A DNA stretch of 64,000 bases from Actinomycetota bacterium (GTDB lineage Bacteria > Actinomycetota > Actinomycetes > S36-B12). A program made the translations under genes and the position numbers. This document shows, in pieces, positions 48,816 through 58,115 of the stretch (within the stretch, counting starts at the first letter, position 1; each line of letters starts with the position of its first letter). The stretch lies in the NCBI GenBank assembly GCA_029977425.1, contig JAPOKX010000001.1, forward strand, positions 11,813-75,812, written 5' to 3'. The notes beneath the pieces were generated by a model that saw only the letters and a program-made list of their open reading frames with translations, ran no database searches and had not been told where the DNA came from.

Positions 48816-49127
48816 ATGTCCTCCCCCGGCAGTCCCGAAGTGCACAGCATCACGGGTGCCGGGGAGTCGTTGTCCCAGGAGCAGACCGGCCGCACCAAGC
48901 GCTACCTCGTGTCCATGACCATCCGCACCGCTTGCGTGCTGCTCGCGATCGTGGTGCCCGGCTGGCCCCGCTGGGTCTTCCTCGCCGGCGCCGTCGCCAT
49001 TCCCTACCTCGCCGTCGTCGCCGCCAATTCCGGCAGGAGCCGCCGAGGCTCTCCCCCGCCGGCGCCGGTGGTCGCCACCACGCGCATGCTGCCTGCCGGA
49101 CCGGGCGTCTCGGACGCCCGTCCCTGA
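48816..49127 (+). CDS. DUF3099-family small membrane protein
   Basis: 103 aa. It reads KRYLVSMTIRTACVLLAIVV followed by a second TM helix, the typical DUF3099 layout. Confidence 0.6.
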   Translation: MSSPGSPEVHSITGAGESLSQEQTGRTKRYLVSMTIRTACVLLAIVVPGWPRWVFLAGAVAIPYLAVVAANSGRSRRGSPPPAPVVATTRMLPAGPGVSDARP

Positions 49128-49141
49128 CCTACCGTGGTGTC

Positions 49142-49870
49142 GTGCGGTCCCTGCTGAAGACCCGGCGCTGGATCGCCTTCACCCTGCTCGTCGTCATCGC
49201 CATCACGGCCTTCGGCTTCCTCAGCAGGTGGCAATGGAGTCGTGCTGAGGAGGAGCGCACGGCACGTCAGGCCTGGGCACAAGAGGCCGAGGCCCCGCCC
49301 ATCTCACTCGCCGACGCCGTCTCGGATCCACGCGAGTGGACTCCTGTGCGCGTGAGCGGGCAGTTCGACGCCGACTCCACCGTTCTCGTGCGCCAACGAC
49401 CGCTGGACGGCCGCAACGGCTTCTGGGTGGTGTCGGCATTGGACACCGCCGAGGGCCGCGTCTGGGTCTCGCGCGGCTGGATTCCCGTGACGGGGGCGGC
49501 CACGGGATCGGTCGCAGCCCCTGCGCCGCCCGCGGGCGACGTCACCGTCGAGGGACGGGTGCGACTCGCGGAATCCGCTGCCGAGCCCGAGCCCGGGGAC
49601 CTCCCGCCAGGGCAGGTGTCGTCCCTCGTGCCGGCACGTCTCGGAGCTGACGTCACGCCGTTCTACCTGGAGGCCACGGCTTCGGAGCCCACCGACCCAG
49701 AGGTCATGCGCATCCCCGCGCCCGCAATCGATGAGACACAGAACATCAGCTACGCCGTCCAGTGGATGGTCTTCGCGGCGATCGCCATCACCGGCTGGTG
49801 GTTCTTCCTCCGACGTGAGGCGCGCGAGGACGCTGCGGCATCCGACGTGGCTATGACGGAGCGTCCCTGA
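49142..49870 (+). CDS. SURF1-family cytochrome oxidase assembly protein
   Basis: The start was trimmed to the GTG at 49142. The N-terminal TM is followed by FLSRWQWSRAEE. It has RGWIP and a C-terminal TM containing YAVQWMVFAAIA. Confidence 0.75.
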   Translation: MRSLLKTRRWIAFTLLVVIAITAFGFLSRWQWSRAEEERTARQAWAQEAEAPPISLADAVSDPREWTPVRVSGQFDADSTVLVRQRPLDGRNGFWVVSALDTAEGRVWVSRGWIPVTGAATGSVAAPAPPAGDVTVEGRVRLAESAAEPEPGDLPPGQVSSLVPARLGADVTPFYLEATASEPTDPEVMRIPAPAIDETQNISYAVQWMVFAAIAITGWWFFLRREAREDAAASDVAMTERP

Positions 49871-50586
49871 TGGACCTCGGTCTCGAGGGACGTCGCTACG
49901 TCGTCACGGGTGGGAGCAGGGGCCTCGGCTTCGCGACCGCGCAGGCCTTGGTCGCCGACGGGGCGACCACGCTGCTCGTGGCGCGTGATCCGGATCGCCT
50001 GGCCGAGGCGTCGCAAGCACTCGGGCCTGGTCACGACGTCCTCGCACTGGATCTCGCCGATCCCGGTGCAGCGGAACGCATTGCGGGGTCCGCGGGGAGC
50101 ATCGATGGAGCTCTCATCAACGTCGGTGGTCCCGCGCCGGGATCCGTGCTCGAACTCGATGATGCGCAGTGGCACACCGCTATCGATGGCGTCCTCATGT
50201 CATCCCTGCGACTCCTGCGCGCCCTCGCGCCACGGATCGAGGACGGTGGCTCCCTCCTCGTCGTGCTCTCGTCGACCGCCAAGGAACCAATCCATGACCT
50301 CGGCGCCAGCAACGCACTGCGTCCGGGTCTTGCCATGGTGGTGAAGGACCTCGCGAACGCGCTCGCCCCCCGGGTCCGCGTCAACGGCATCCTGCCCGGT
50401 CGGATCGCGACGCAACGGCTGCGCGCCGTGGTGAGCGGGGACCTAGGCGTGGGGATCCCCATGGGCCGCCCGGGCGATCCCGAGGAGTTCGCCCGGGTCG
50501 CGGCGTTCCTCCTGTCCCCCGCCGCGTCGTACGTCACGGGCGCCTTGGTGCCCGTCGACGGAGGACTCCTGCGCTCGCCCTGGTAG
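49870..50586 (+). CDS. Short-chain dehydrogenase/reductase-fold protein (atypical active site)
   Basis: 238 aa. It has VTGGSRGLG. The region that aligns with the FabG [9 protein letters not shown] reads GASNALRPGL, so the canonical YxxxK is missing. Confidence 0.8.
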   Translation: MDLGLEGRRYVVTGGSRGLGFATAQALVADGATTLLVARDPDRLAEASQALGPGHDVLALDLADPGAAERIAGSAGSIDGALINVGGPAPGSVLELDDAQWHTAIDGVLMSSLRLLRALAPRIEDGGSLLVVLSSTAKEPIHDLGASNALRPGLAMVVKDLANALAPRVRVNGILPGRIATQRLRAVVSGDLGVGIPMGRPGDPEEFARVAAFLLSPAASYVTGALVPVDGGLLRSPW

Positions 50587-50587
50587 C

Positions 50588-52453
50588 TCAGTCGTCGAAC
50601 TGCGTGGAGTAGAGGTTCGCGTAGGCGCCACCCGCAGCGAGGAGCTGCTCGTGCGTGCCCCGTTCGATGATGCGGCCCTGATCGACGACCAGGATCATGT
50701 CCGCTTGCCGGACGGTGGACAGGCGGTGGGCGATGACGATCGACGTACGGCCGCGAAGTGCCTGCGCGAGTGCCTGCTGGACCGCTGCCTCGCTCTCGGA
50801 GTCGAGATGCGCTGTGGCCTCGTCGAGGATGACGATGCGAGGTGCCTTGAGCAGCAGCCGGGCGATAGCCAGCCGCTGCTTCTCGCCGCCTGAGAGCCGG
50901 TAGCCGCGGTCTCCCACGACGGTGCCCAGGCCCGCGGGAAGGCTCTCGATGAGTTCGAGGATCCGCGCGTCGCGCAGGGCATCACGGATCTCCTCCTCCG
51001 TGGCATCGGGGCGCGCGTAGCGCAGGTTTGCCGCGATGGTGTCGTGGAAGAGATGGGCATCCTGCGTCACGACCCCGACAGCGTCGCGCAGTGAGCCCAG
51101 TTCGAGCCCTCGGACGTCCAGTCCACCGACGCGCACGCTGCCGTGCGTGACGTCGTACAGCCGAGGAATGAGGGCGGTGATGGTGGTCTTCCCCGCACCC
51201 GAGGGGCCCACGAGCGCGACCATCTGACCTGGCTCGGCCCGGAACGACACGTCATGGAGCACCGGCTCCTCGGACCGCAGCGAGTCCTCCCGCGCCACGG
51301 CCTCCAGGGACGCGAGGCTCACCTCCTCGGCGGTCGGGTAGCGGAACCCGACATGGTCGAATTCCACTGCCAGCGGGCCGGACGGGACAGGCACCGCATC
51401 GGGCGCATCACGGACAAGCGGCGGGAGGTCGAGCACCTCGAAGACGCGCTCGAAGCTGACGAGCGCCGTCATCACGTCGACACGGACGTTGGACAGTGCC
51501 GTCAGCGGACCGTAGAGCTGGGCGAGGAGGGCGACGAGGGCCAGGAGGGTGCCCAGGGTGATGGCGCCGTCGATGACGAGGTTGCCGCCGACTCCGTAGG
51601 TGATCGCCGTGGCGATCGATCCCACCAGCAGCAGCGCCGTGAAGAACCAGCGATTGGCCATGGCGATGCTCACGCCAGCGTCGCGGACCTGGGCTGCCCG
51701 GCCGGCGAACTCCTCGTGCTCGCGCTCGGGTCGGCCGAAGAGGGACACGAGCAGCGCGCCGGCCACGTTGAATCGCTCGGTCATCTGCGTGCTCATCTGC
51801 GCATTGACCTGCATCTGCTGCTTGGTGAGCGCCTGCAGGCGCCGGCCCATCCAGCGTGCCGGCAGCAGGAAGAGGGGCACCAGCACGAGTGAGAGCAGCG
51901 TGACCTGCCAGGACAGCAGGAACATCGTCACGAGGACGATGGAGGCGGTGATGAGGTTGCCCACCACGCCTCCGAGGGTCGACGTGAACGCCTGCTGGGC
52001 TCCGATGACATCGCTGTTGAGTCGCGACACGAGGGCGCCCGTCTGCGCCCGCGTGAAGAAGGCAACCGATTGGCGCTGTACGTGGTCGTACACCTGCGTG
52101 CGCAGGTCGTAGATCAGCCCCTCGCCGATCCGTGCGCTGTACCACCGTCCCACGAGATTGATTCCCGCGTCGAGCAGGGCGAGCACCGCGACCAGGATGG
52201 CAAGGCTGGTGACGAGCGCCGCGTTCCCCTGGGCGATGCCGTTGTCCACGATCTGACGGAAGACAAGCGGCTGGGCGACCGTGAGCAGGGACGCGAACAC
52301 GAGAGTCACGAGGAAGGCGATCACGAGGACGCGGTAGGGGCGCGCGTAGCCCAGGATGCGCTTGACGACCGGCCACCCCACCCGGGACACCTGCGAGGGA
52401 TCCCGCGTCATCGACTGGTAGATCTGCCAGGGATTGACTCCCGACACGGTCAA
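50588..52453 (-). CDS. ABC exporter, fused permease-ATPase (MsbA/MdlB-like)
   Basis: 621 aa. It has a six-TM N-terminal domain, Walker A GPSGAGKTT, LSGGEKQR and ILDEATAHLD. The start is TTG at 52453 or GTG at 52447. Confidence 0.9.
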   Translation of the reverse strand: MTVSGVNPWQIYQSMTRDPSQVSRVGWPVVKRILGYARPYRVLVIAFLVTLVFASLLTVAQPLVFRQIVDNGIAQGNAALVTSLAILVAVLALLDAGINLVGRWYSARIGEGLIYDLRTQVYDHVQRQSVAFFTRAQTGALVSRLNSDVIGAQQAFTSTLGGVVGNLITASIVLVTMFLLSWQVTLLSLVLVPLFLLPARWMGRRLQALTKQQMQVNAQMSTQMTERFNVAGALLVSLFGRPEREHEEFAGRAAQVRDAGVSIAMANRWFFTALLLVGSIATAITYGVGGNLVIDGAITLGTLLALVALLAQLYGPLTALSNVRVDVMTALVSFERVFEVLDLPPLVRDAPDAVPVPSGPLAVEFDHVGFRYPTAEEVSLASLEAVAREDSLRSEEPVLHDVSFRAEPGQMVALVGPSGAGKTTITALIPRLYDVTHGSVRVGGLDVRGLELGSLRDAVGVVTQDAHLFHDTIAANLRYARPDATEEEIRDALRDARILELIESLPAGLGTVVGDRGYRLSGGEKQRLAIARLLLKAPRIVILDEATAHLDSESEAAVQQALAQALRGRTSIVIAHRLSTVRQADMILVVDQGRIIERGTHEQLLAAGGAYANLYSTQFDD

Positions 52454-53241
52454 CTGCCCCCGAGCAGTGCCCGCAGGCGGGCCACCTGCGCACGGCGCTC
52501 GACGGCGGCCTGGTCGACGCGCGAGGCCCCTTCCGCGCCGGCCAGCAAGGGCATGAGTTGAGCGATCGCACCCGGCGGCGGGCTCGACACAGCGGCGACG
52601 ACCTCCGCCACGCCTGCCTCCAGGTCTTCCACCACGCGCGTCACGAACCCGAGCCGGTAGCCCTCTTCCGCGCCCATCGTCCTCCCGGTTGCGCAGATAT
52701 CGACAGCCCTCGCGTAGCCCACGGCGCGGACCAAGGGCTGGGTGCCGCCTAGGTCGGGCACGAGGCCATAGGAGGTCTCGCGCATCGCGAACGTCGCCGC
52801 GGGCGAGGCCAGGAGGATGTCGCAGGCGAGTGCCAACTGGAAGCCCGCGCCGATCGCAGGCCCCTGGACGGCGGCGATCGTCAGTGCGGGTGCCTCACGC
52901 TGCCACAGGAACGCTCGCTGGAACTCGGCGATCGTGTCGGCGAGCGCTTCGTCGGGCATAGCGGCCATCTCCGCCAGCGACGTCTCCCCTGGGATGCCCT
53001 CCGGGGTGAACATGCGCCGGTCAAGCCCGGCCGAGAAGGCACTTCCGGCTCCGCGGAAGACCACGACGTCGGCAAGGCCGCCGGCGCAGGCATCGCCGAT
53101 GGCGGCCAGGGCGGCCCAGGTCGCCGGGGTCTGCGCGTTGCGGGCATCAGGGCGATCCAGCGTGACGTGGAGCACCCTTCCGTCGCTGACGGCTCCCACG
53201 TGACCGCGCTCCAGCAAGTCGTGGGGCAGGGTGATCGTCAC
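52450..53241 (-). CDS. Enoyl-CoA hydratase/isomerase-family protein
   Basis: 263 aa with a crotonase fold. Carries GAGSAFSAGLD and AAVQGPAIGAGFQLALACD. Confidence 0.85.
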   Translation of the reverse strand: MTITLPHDLLERGHVGAVSDGRVLHVTLDRPDARNAQTPATWAALAAIGDACAGGLADVVVFRGAGSAFSAGLDRRMFTPEGIPGETSLAEMAAMPDEALADTIAEFQRAFLWQREAPALTIAAVQGPAIGAGFQLALACDILLASPAATFAMRETSYGLVPDLGGTQPLVRAVGYARAVDICATGRTMGAEEGYRLGFVTRVVEDLEAGVAEVVAAVSSPPPGAIAQLMPLLAGAEGASRVDQAAVERRAQVARLRALLGGS

Positions 53242-53284
53242 GGGTCCTCCGGCTCAGGCGGGTGCTCAGGCGAATTCGGGCGCA

Positions 53285-54883
53285 TCAAGCGAGTTCAACG
53301 AGTTCAGCGTAGTCGTCATTCCAGAGGTCCTCGTCGCCCTCCGGGAGGATGACCACGCGCTCTGGGTCGAGCGCACGCACGGCGCCCTCGTCATGGGTGA
53401 CGAGGACGACGGCGCCCCGGTAGCTCCGCAGCGCCGCCAGGATCTCGTCGCGGCTCGCGGGGTCCAGGTTGTTTGTCGGCTCGTCGAGCAGCAGGACATT
53501 GGCGCTTGAGACGACCAGCGTGGCCAGTGCCAGCCGCGTCTTCTCACCGCCGGAGAGGACCCGCACGGGCTTGGCGACATCGTCGCCCGTGAAGAGGAAG
53601 GAGCCGAGCACGGAACGACGATCGCTCTCGGCCAAGTCAGGCGCTGCGCTGGCGAATGTCTCGAGCACCGTGCGCTCCGGATCGAGGGTCTCGTGCTCCT
53701 GCGCGTAGTAGCCGACACGCGCCCCGTGGCCGTGCGTCACCTCCCCCGTGTCCGGGGTGTCCACGCCGGCGAGGATGCGGAGCAACGTGGTCTTGCCTGC
53801 GCCATTGAGCCCGAGCACCACCACGCGCGATCCGCGGTCCACGTTGAGGTCGACATCGGTGAAGACCTCCTCGGAGCCGTACGAGCGGGAGAGGCCACGC
53901 GCGCTGAGCGGAGTCTTCCCGCAAGGCGCCGGCTCCGGCAGCCGGATCTTGGCGACGCGATCGCTGGCGCGCGCTTCCTCAAGGCTGTCGACGAGCCGAT
54001 CCGCACGCTTGAGCATGGACTGGGCCGCCCGGGCCTTGGTCGCCTTGGCGCGCATGCGCTCTGCCTGCTCGCGGAGCGCGCTCGCCTGCCGCTCGGCGTT
54101 GGCGCGCTCGCGGCGCCTGCGTCGCTCGTCGGTCTCGCGCTGCTGAAGGTAGGCCGACCACCCCATCGCATAGGTGTCCAGCACGGAGCGCTGGGCATCG
54201 AGGTGCAGCACGGTGTTGACAGTGGCCTCGAGGAGGCCCACGTCGTGGCTGATGACCACGAATCCCCCGGCGTACGAGGAGAGGAACCTGCGCAGCCACA
54301 TGATCGAGTCCGCATCCAGGTGGTTGGTGGGCTCATCGAGCAGCAGTACGTCGTAGCCGCCGAAGAGAATGCGCGCCAGCTCCACGCGACGGCGCTGTCC
54401 GCCGGAGAGGGTGCCGATCGGCTGGCCGAGCACCCGCTCCGGCAGTCCCAGGCTCGCGGCGATCCGCGCGGCCTCGGCGTCCGCCGCGTAGCCGCCGAGC
54501 GCCTCGAACTCCGCGGTGGCGCGGTCGTAGCCGCGCATGGCCCGCTCGCGCGTCGCGCTGTCCTCGTCCCCCATGCGCTCGGCCGCAACCCGCATCGACT
54601 GGGCGGCCTCGTCGAGCCCTCGCGCGCCCAGGATCCGATCCCTGGCGAGGATCGAGAGATCTCCGGTGCGGGGATCCTGGGGAAGGTAGCCGACCGATCC
54701 GGTCCGCCTCACGATGCCGGCTGCGGGCTCGGCCTCTCCCGCGAGCACGCGCGTCAGCGTGGTCTTGCCTGCCCCGTTGCGGCCGACGAGGCCGACACGG
54801 TCTCCGGGACCCACCTGGAAGTTCGCATCCTCGAGCAGGAGGCGGGCTCCGGCGCGGAGTTCGAGTGCCTGGGCGGTGATCAC
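53285..54883 (-). CDS. ABC-F family ATPase (two ABC cassettes, no TM domain)
   Basis: 532 aa. The first cassette has GRNGAGKTT and LSGGQRRRVELARIL. The second has GLNGAGKTT and LSGGEKTRLALATL. A charged linker separates them. Confidence 0.9.
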   Translation of the reverse strand: MITAQALELRAGARLLLEDANFQVGPGDRVGLVGRNGAGKTTLTRVLAGEAEPAAGIVRRTGSVGYLPQDPRTGDLSILARDRILGARGLDEAAQSMRVAAERMGDEDSATRERAMRGYDRATAEFEALGGYAADAEAARIAASLGLPERVLGQPIGTLSGGQRRRVELARILFGGYDVLLLDEPTNHLDADSIMWLRRFLSSYAGGFVVISHDVGLLEATVNTVLHLDAQRSVLDTYAMGWSAYLQQRETDERRRRRERANAERQASALREQAERMRAKATKARAAQSMLKRADRLVDSLEEARASDRVAKIRLPEPAPCGKTPLSARGLSRSYGSEEVFTDVDLNVDRGSRVVVLGLNGAGKTTLLRILAGVDTPDTGEVTHGHGARVGYYAQEHETLDPERTVLETFASAAPDLAESDRRSVLGSFLFTGDDVAKPVRVLSGGEKTRLALATLVVSSANVLLLDEPTNNLDPASRDEILAALRSYRGAVVLVTHDEGAVRALDPERVVILPEGDEDLWNDDYAELVELA

Positions 54884-54901
54884 AGCCCGGCGAGCGTACC
54901 C

Positions 54902-55231
54902 CTAGACGTTGAACCCCAGGGCGCGCAGCATCTCGCGTCCGTCGTCGGTGATCTTGTCGGGACCCCACGGCGGCATCCAGACCCAATTGATCGTGAAGCT
55001 ATCGACCAGCCCGTCGAGGGCGGCCCGCGTCTGGTCCTCGATCACGTCTGTGAGGGGGCAGGCAGCGGAGGTGAGGGTCATGTCGAGCGTGGCCACGTTG
55101 CCCTCATCGACATGGACGTCGTACACAAGGCCCAGATCGACGACGTTGATGCCCAACTCGGGATCGACCACATCCCTCATCGCCTCCCAGAGGTCCTCGG
55201 CCACCGCCTGCGAACCGACCTGCTCACCCAT
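54902..55231 (-). CDS. sufT: Fe-S cluster assembly protein SufT (DUF59/MIP18 family)
   Basis: The start was trimmed to the ATG at 55231. It reads DVVDPELGINVVDLGLVY...TLTSAACP. Confidence 0.85.
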   Translation of the reverse strand: MGEQVGSQAVAEDLWEAMRDVVDPELGINVVDLGLVYDVHVDEGNVATLDMTLTSAACPLTDVIEDQTRAALDGLVDSFTINWVWMPPWGPDKITDDGREMLRALGFNV

Positions 55232-55697
55232 TGCTGTCTCCCTTTGCCTGTCCGCCATCCGTCGCCTGGACAACCGCGTCCTTCCATGCCATCCACGGAA
55301 GGAGAGCGCACTTCACGCGCGCGGGGTACTTCGCGACGCCTGCGAAGGCGACGGCGTCGCCCATGGTCTCCTCATCGCCCGCAACCTCGCCCTTGGACTG
55401 CACCATCTCCTGGAATCGGGCGAGAGCCTCGAGTGCCTCGTCGAGCGTGCGTCCCGCGAGGCTCTCGTACATCACGCTTGCCGATGCCTGGGAGATGGAG
55501 CATCCCTGGCCTGCGTAGGACACGTCGGTCACCCTCGTGACGCCGCCGTCGTCCTCGAGATGGACGCGCAAGTCGATCTCGTCACCGCAGGTGGGGTTGA
55601 CGTGGTGCACCTGTGCCTCGAAGGGCTCACGCAGCCCTCGCCCCTGGGGATTGCGGTAGTGATCAAGGATGATCTCCTGGTAGAGGTCCTCCATCAC
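55224..55697 (-). CDS. sufU: Fe-S cluster assembly sulfur-transfer protein SufU
   Basis: 157 aa. It reads LYQEIILDHYRNPQ, with Cys ligands in NPTCGDE, GQGCSIS and VKCALLPW. Confidence 0.9.
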   Translation of the reverse strand: MMEDLYQEIILDHYRNPQGRGLREPFEAQVHHVNPTCGDEIDLRVHLEDDGGVTRVTDVSYAGQGCSISQASASVMYESLAGRTLDEALEALARFQEMVQSKGEVAGDEETMGDAVAFAGVAKYPARVKCALLPWMAWKDAVVQATDGGQAKGDSNG

Positions 55698-56998
55698 GAC
55701 TCCCCGAAGACCTGGCGCACGCGGTCAAGGGCCTGGATGAAGTCGTCGATGTCGCGCGTGTCGTTGTAGATGTACGGGGACATGCGCGTGGTCGCCGGCA
55801 CTCCCATGGCGCGGCAGCCAGGCCAGGCACAGTGATGACCCACGCGCACGGCGATGCCGCTGGAGTCGAGGACCTGCCCGACGTCGTGGGGATGCACCCC
55901 GGCGATAGTGAAGGAGATGGCGCTTCCCCGGTCGACGAGGTCGGCCGGACCCACGATGGACACTCCGGCGACGCCGGCGAGTCCATCGAGGGCGTAGGCG
56001 GTGAGGGACGCCTCGTGTGCCGCGACGTTCTCCATGCCGAGGGCGTCGAGGTAGTCGCACGCAGCGGCCAGCCCGACCGCCTGGGCGACCATGGGCACGC
56101 CCGCCTCGAACCGCTTGGGTGGCTCGGCGAAGGTCGAGGCCTCCATCGTCACCGTCTCGATCATGGATCCGCCCGTGATGAACGGGGGCATGGACGCGAG
56201 GGTCTCGGGCGTGGCCCACAGGCAGCCGATGCCCGTCGGCCCCAGCATCTTGTGGCCGCTCCATGCCACGGCGTCGACGCCCAGCGCGGTCACGTCGGTG
56301 GGCATGTGCGGGATCGACTGACACGCATCCAGGACCACAAGGGCGCCCACGGCGCGAGCGGCCCGCACCAGGGGCGCAACCGGATTCACCGTGCCGAGCA
56401 GGTTCGACTGCTGCGTGAAGGACACCACCCGGGTTCGCTCGGTCACCAGGTCGTCGAGTGCGGAAAGGTCAAGACGCCCCTCGGGCGTGAGCGGGATCCA
56501 CCGGAGGACGGCACCCGTCTTCGCGCACACCTCCTGCCAGGGCACGAGGTTGGCGTGGTGCTCCATCTCCGTCACGAGGATCTCGTCTCCCTCGCGCAGG
56601 ACGAAGCGCTCTGCCCCGCTCGGCAGAGGGGCGCCGTGCGCGGCCTTGGCGGTCGCATTGCTGAAGGCGTACGCCATCAGGTTGAGCGACTCCGTCGCGT
56701 TGCGGGTGAAGACGACCTCGTCAGGCCCCGCGCCCACGAACTCGGCGATCCGGGACCTCGCGCCCTCGAAGGCCTCGGTCGCCTCCTCGGCCAGTTGATG
56801 CGCCCCGCGATGCACGGCCGCGTTGCTGGTGAGGTAGTAGTCACGCTCGGCGTCCAGCACGGCGAGAGGCTTCTGCGTGGTGGCTGCGGAGTCCAGGTAG
56901 ACGAGACGGCCTCCCCCGCGCACGGAACGATCGAGGATCGGGAAATCCTCGCGTACGCGCTGCACGTCGATCGTGCTCGGGGAGGTGGCCACGCTCAC
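55694..56998 (-). CDS. sufS: Cysteine desulfurase SufS
   Basis: The start was trimmed to the GTG at 56998 (overlapping the sufC stop), with an alternative GTG at 56992. The PLP-Lys is in SGHKMLGPTGIG and the catalytic Cys in RVGHHCA. Confidence 0.9.
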   Translation of the reverse strand: MSVATSPSTIDVQRVREDFPILDRSVRGGGRLVYLDSAATTQKPLAVLDAERDYYLTSNAAVHRGAHQLAEEATEAFEGARSRIAEFVGAGPDEVVFTRNATESLNLMAYAFSNATAKAAHGAPLPSGAERFVLREGDEILVTEMEHHANLVPWQEVCAKTGAVLRWIPLTPEGRLDLSALDDLVTERTRVVSFTQQSNLLGTVNPVAPLVRAARAVGALVVLDACQSIPHMPTDVTALGVDAVAWSGHKMLGPTGIGCLWATPETLASMPPFITGGSMIETVTMEASTFAEPPKRFEAGVPMVAQAVGLAAACDYLDALGMENVAAHEASLTAYALDGLAGVAGVSIVGPADLVDRGSAISFTIAGVHPHDVGQVLDSSGIAVRVGHHCAWPGCRAMGVPATTRMSPYIYNDTRDIDDFIQALDRVRQVFGES

Positions 56999-57759
56999 GC
57001 CGCGCTGCCTGCCTTGACGAAGCGCTCGTAGCCCTCGTCCTCCAGCCGCTGCGCGAGCTCGGGTCCCCCGCTCTCCACGATGCGTCCGTCCACGAAGACG
57101 TGGACGAAGTCCGGGTGGATGTAGCGGAGGATGCGCGTGTAGTGGGTGATGAGAAGCGTCCCGGTGGTGCCGTCGGCCTGGAAGCGGTTCACTCCCTCGG
57201 CAACGATCTTCAGTGCGTCCACGTCGAGCCCCGAGTCCGTCTCGTCGAGGACCGCGATCCGCGGCTTGAGGAGCTCGAGCTGCAGGATCTCGTGGCGCTT
57301 CTTCTCGCCGCCGGAGAATCCCTCGTTGATGGAGCGCTCCGCGAAGGACGGATCGATCTGCAGCGCAGACATCGCGTCCTTCATCTCCTTGATCCACAGG
57401 CGCAGCTTCGGCGCCTCGCCGCGCACCGCGGTCACGGAGGTCCGGAGGAAGTTCGAGACGGAGACGCCGGGGACCTCGACGGGATACTGCATGGCGAGGA
57501 ACAGCCCGGCGCGTGCCCTCTCGTCGACCGACATGTCGAGGACGTCGGCGCCGTCGAGGGTGATGGAGCCCTCGGTCACCGTGTACTTCGGATGGCCTGC
57601 GATGACGTACGCGAGGGTTGACTTGCCGGAACCGTTGGGGCCCATCACCGCGTGGGTCTGGCCACTGGCAACCGTGAGATCGACGCCGCGCAGGATCTCG
57701 CGTGGCTCGCCATCGGATTCCACCGTGGCGTGGAGGTTGCGGATCTCGAGGGTGGACAT
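56995..57759 (-). CDS. sufC: Fe-S cluster assembly ATPase SufC
   Basis: The start was trimmed to the ATG at 57759 (MSTLEIRNLH). Carries GPNGSGKSTL, FSGGEKKR and AVLDETDSGLD. Confidence 0.95.
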   Translation of the reverse strand: MSTLEIRNLHATVESDGEPREILRGVDLTVASGQTHAVMGPNGSGKSTLAYVIAGHPKYTVTEGSITLDGADVLDMSVDERARAGLFLAMQYPVEVPGVSVSNFLRTSVTAVRGEAPKLRLWIKEMKDAMSALQIDPSFAERSINEGFSGGEKKRHEILQLELLKPRIAVLDETDSGLDVDALKIVAEGVNRFQADGTTGTLLITHYTRILRYIHPDFVHVFVDGRIVESGGPELAQRLEDEGYERFVKAGSAA

Positions 57760-57767
57760 CGTCGCTC

Positions 57768-58115
57768 CTATTCGGCGTGCAGGGATGGGCTCACGGGGTG
57801 CTCCCCCACGAGGACACGGGCGTCCGCGCCATCGCCGCTGACGGCGACGTCGAAGACAGGGACGGGTGCAGTGGCGGGCAGGGACAGCGCCTCGCCCGTG
57901 CGCAAGTCGAATCGGGATCCGTGGAGCCAGCACTCGATGCTGCAGTCGTCCACCTCTCCCTCACTCAGGGCGACATCCGCATGCGAGCAGATGTCGAGGA
58001 CGCCACGGATCTCTCCGTCGCACCAGGCCAGCGCGACCGGTCGGTCGCCCACCATCACGCGCAGAGCGGCGCCTTCGGGGATGTCTGCCACGGCGCAGAC
58101 GTCGATCCGGTTCAT
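57768..58115 (-). CDS. Rieske [2Fe-2S] ferredoxin-like protein embedded in the suf operon
   Basis: 115 aa. The Rieske ligand boxes are CSHADVAL (CxH) and CWLHGSRF (CxxH). ATGA overlap with sufD. Confidence 0.85.
   Translation of the reverse strand: MNRIDVCAVADIPEGAALRVMVGDRPVALAWCDGEIRGVLDICSHADVALSEGEVDDCSIECWLHGSRFDLRTGEALSLPATAPVPVFDVAVSGDGADARVLVGEHPVSPSLHAE

Noticed and set aside
53693-55540. A 615-aa plus-strand ORF spanning the ABC-F, sufT and sufU region
   Set aside because: It runs antisense across three well-supported minus-strand genes and their junctions. A real gene would not ignore those boundaries, and it has no motifs.
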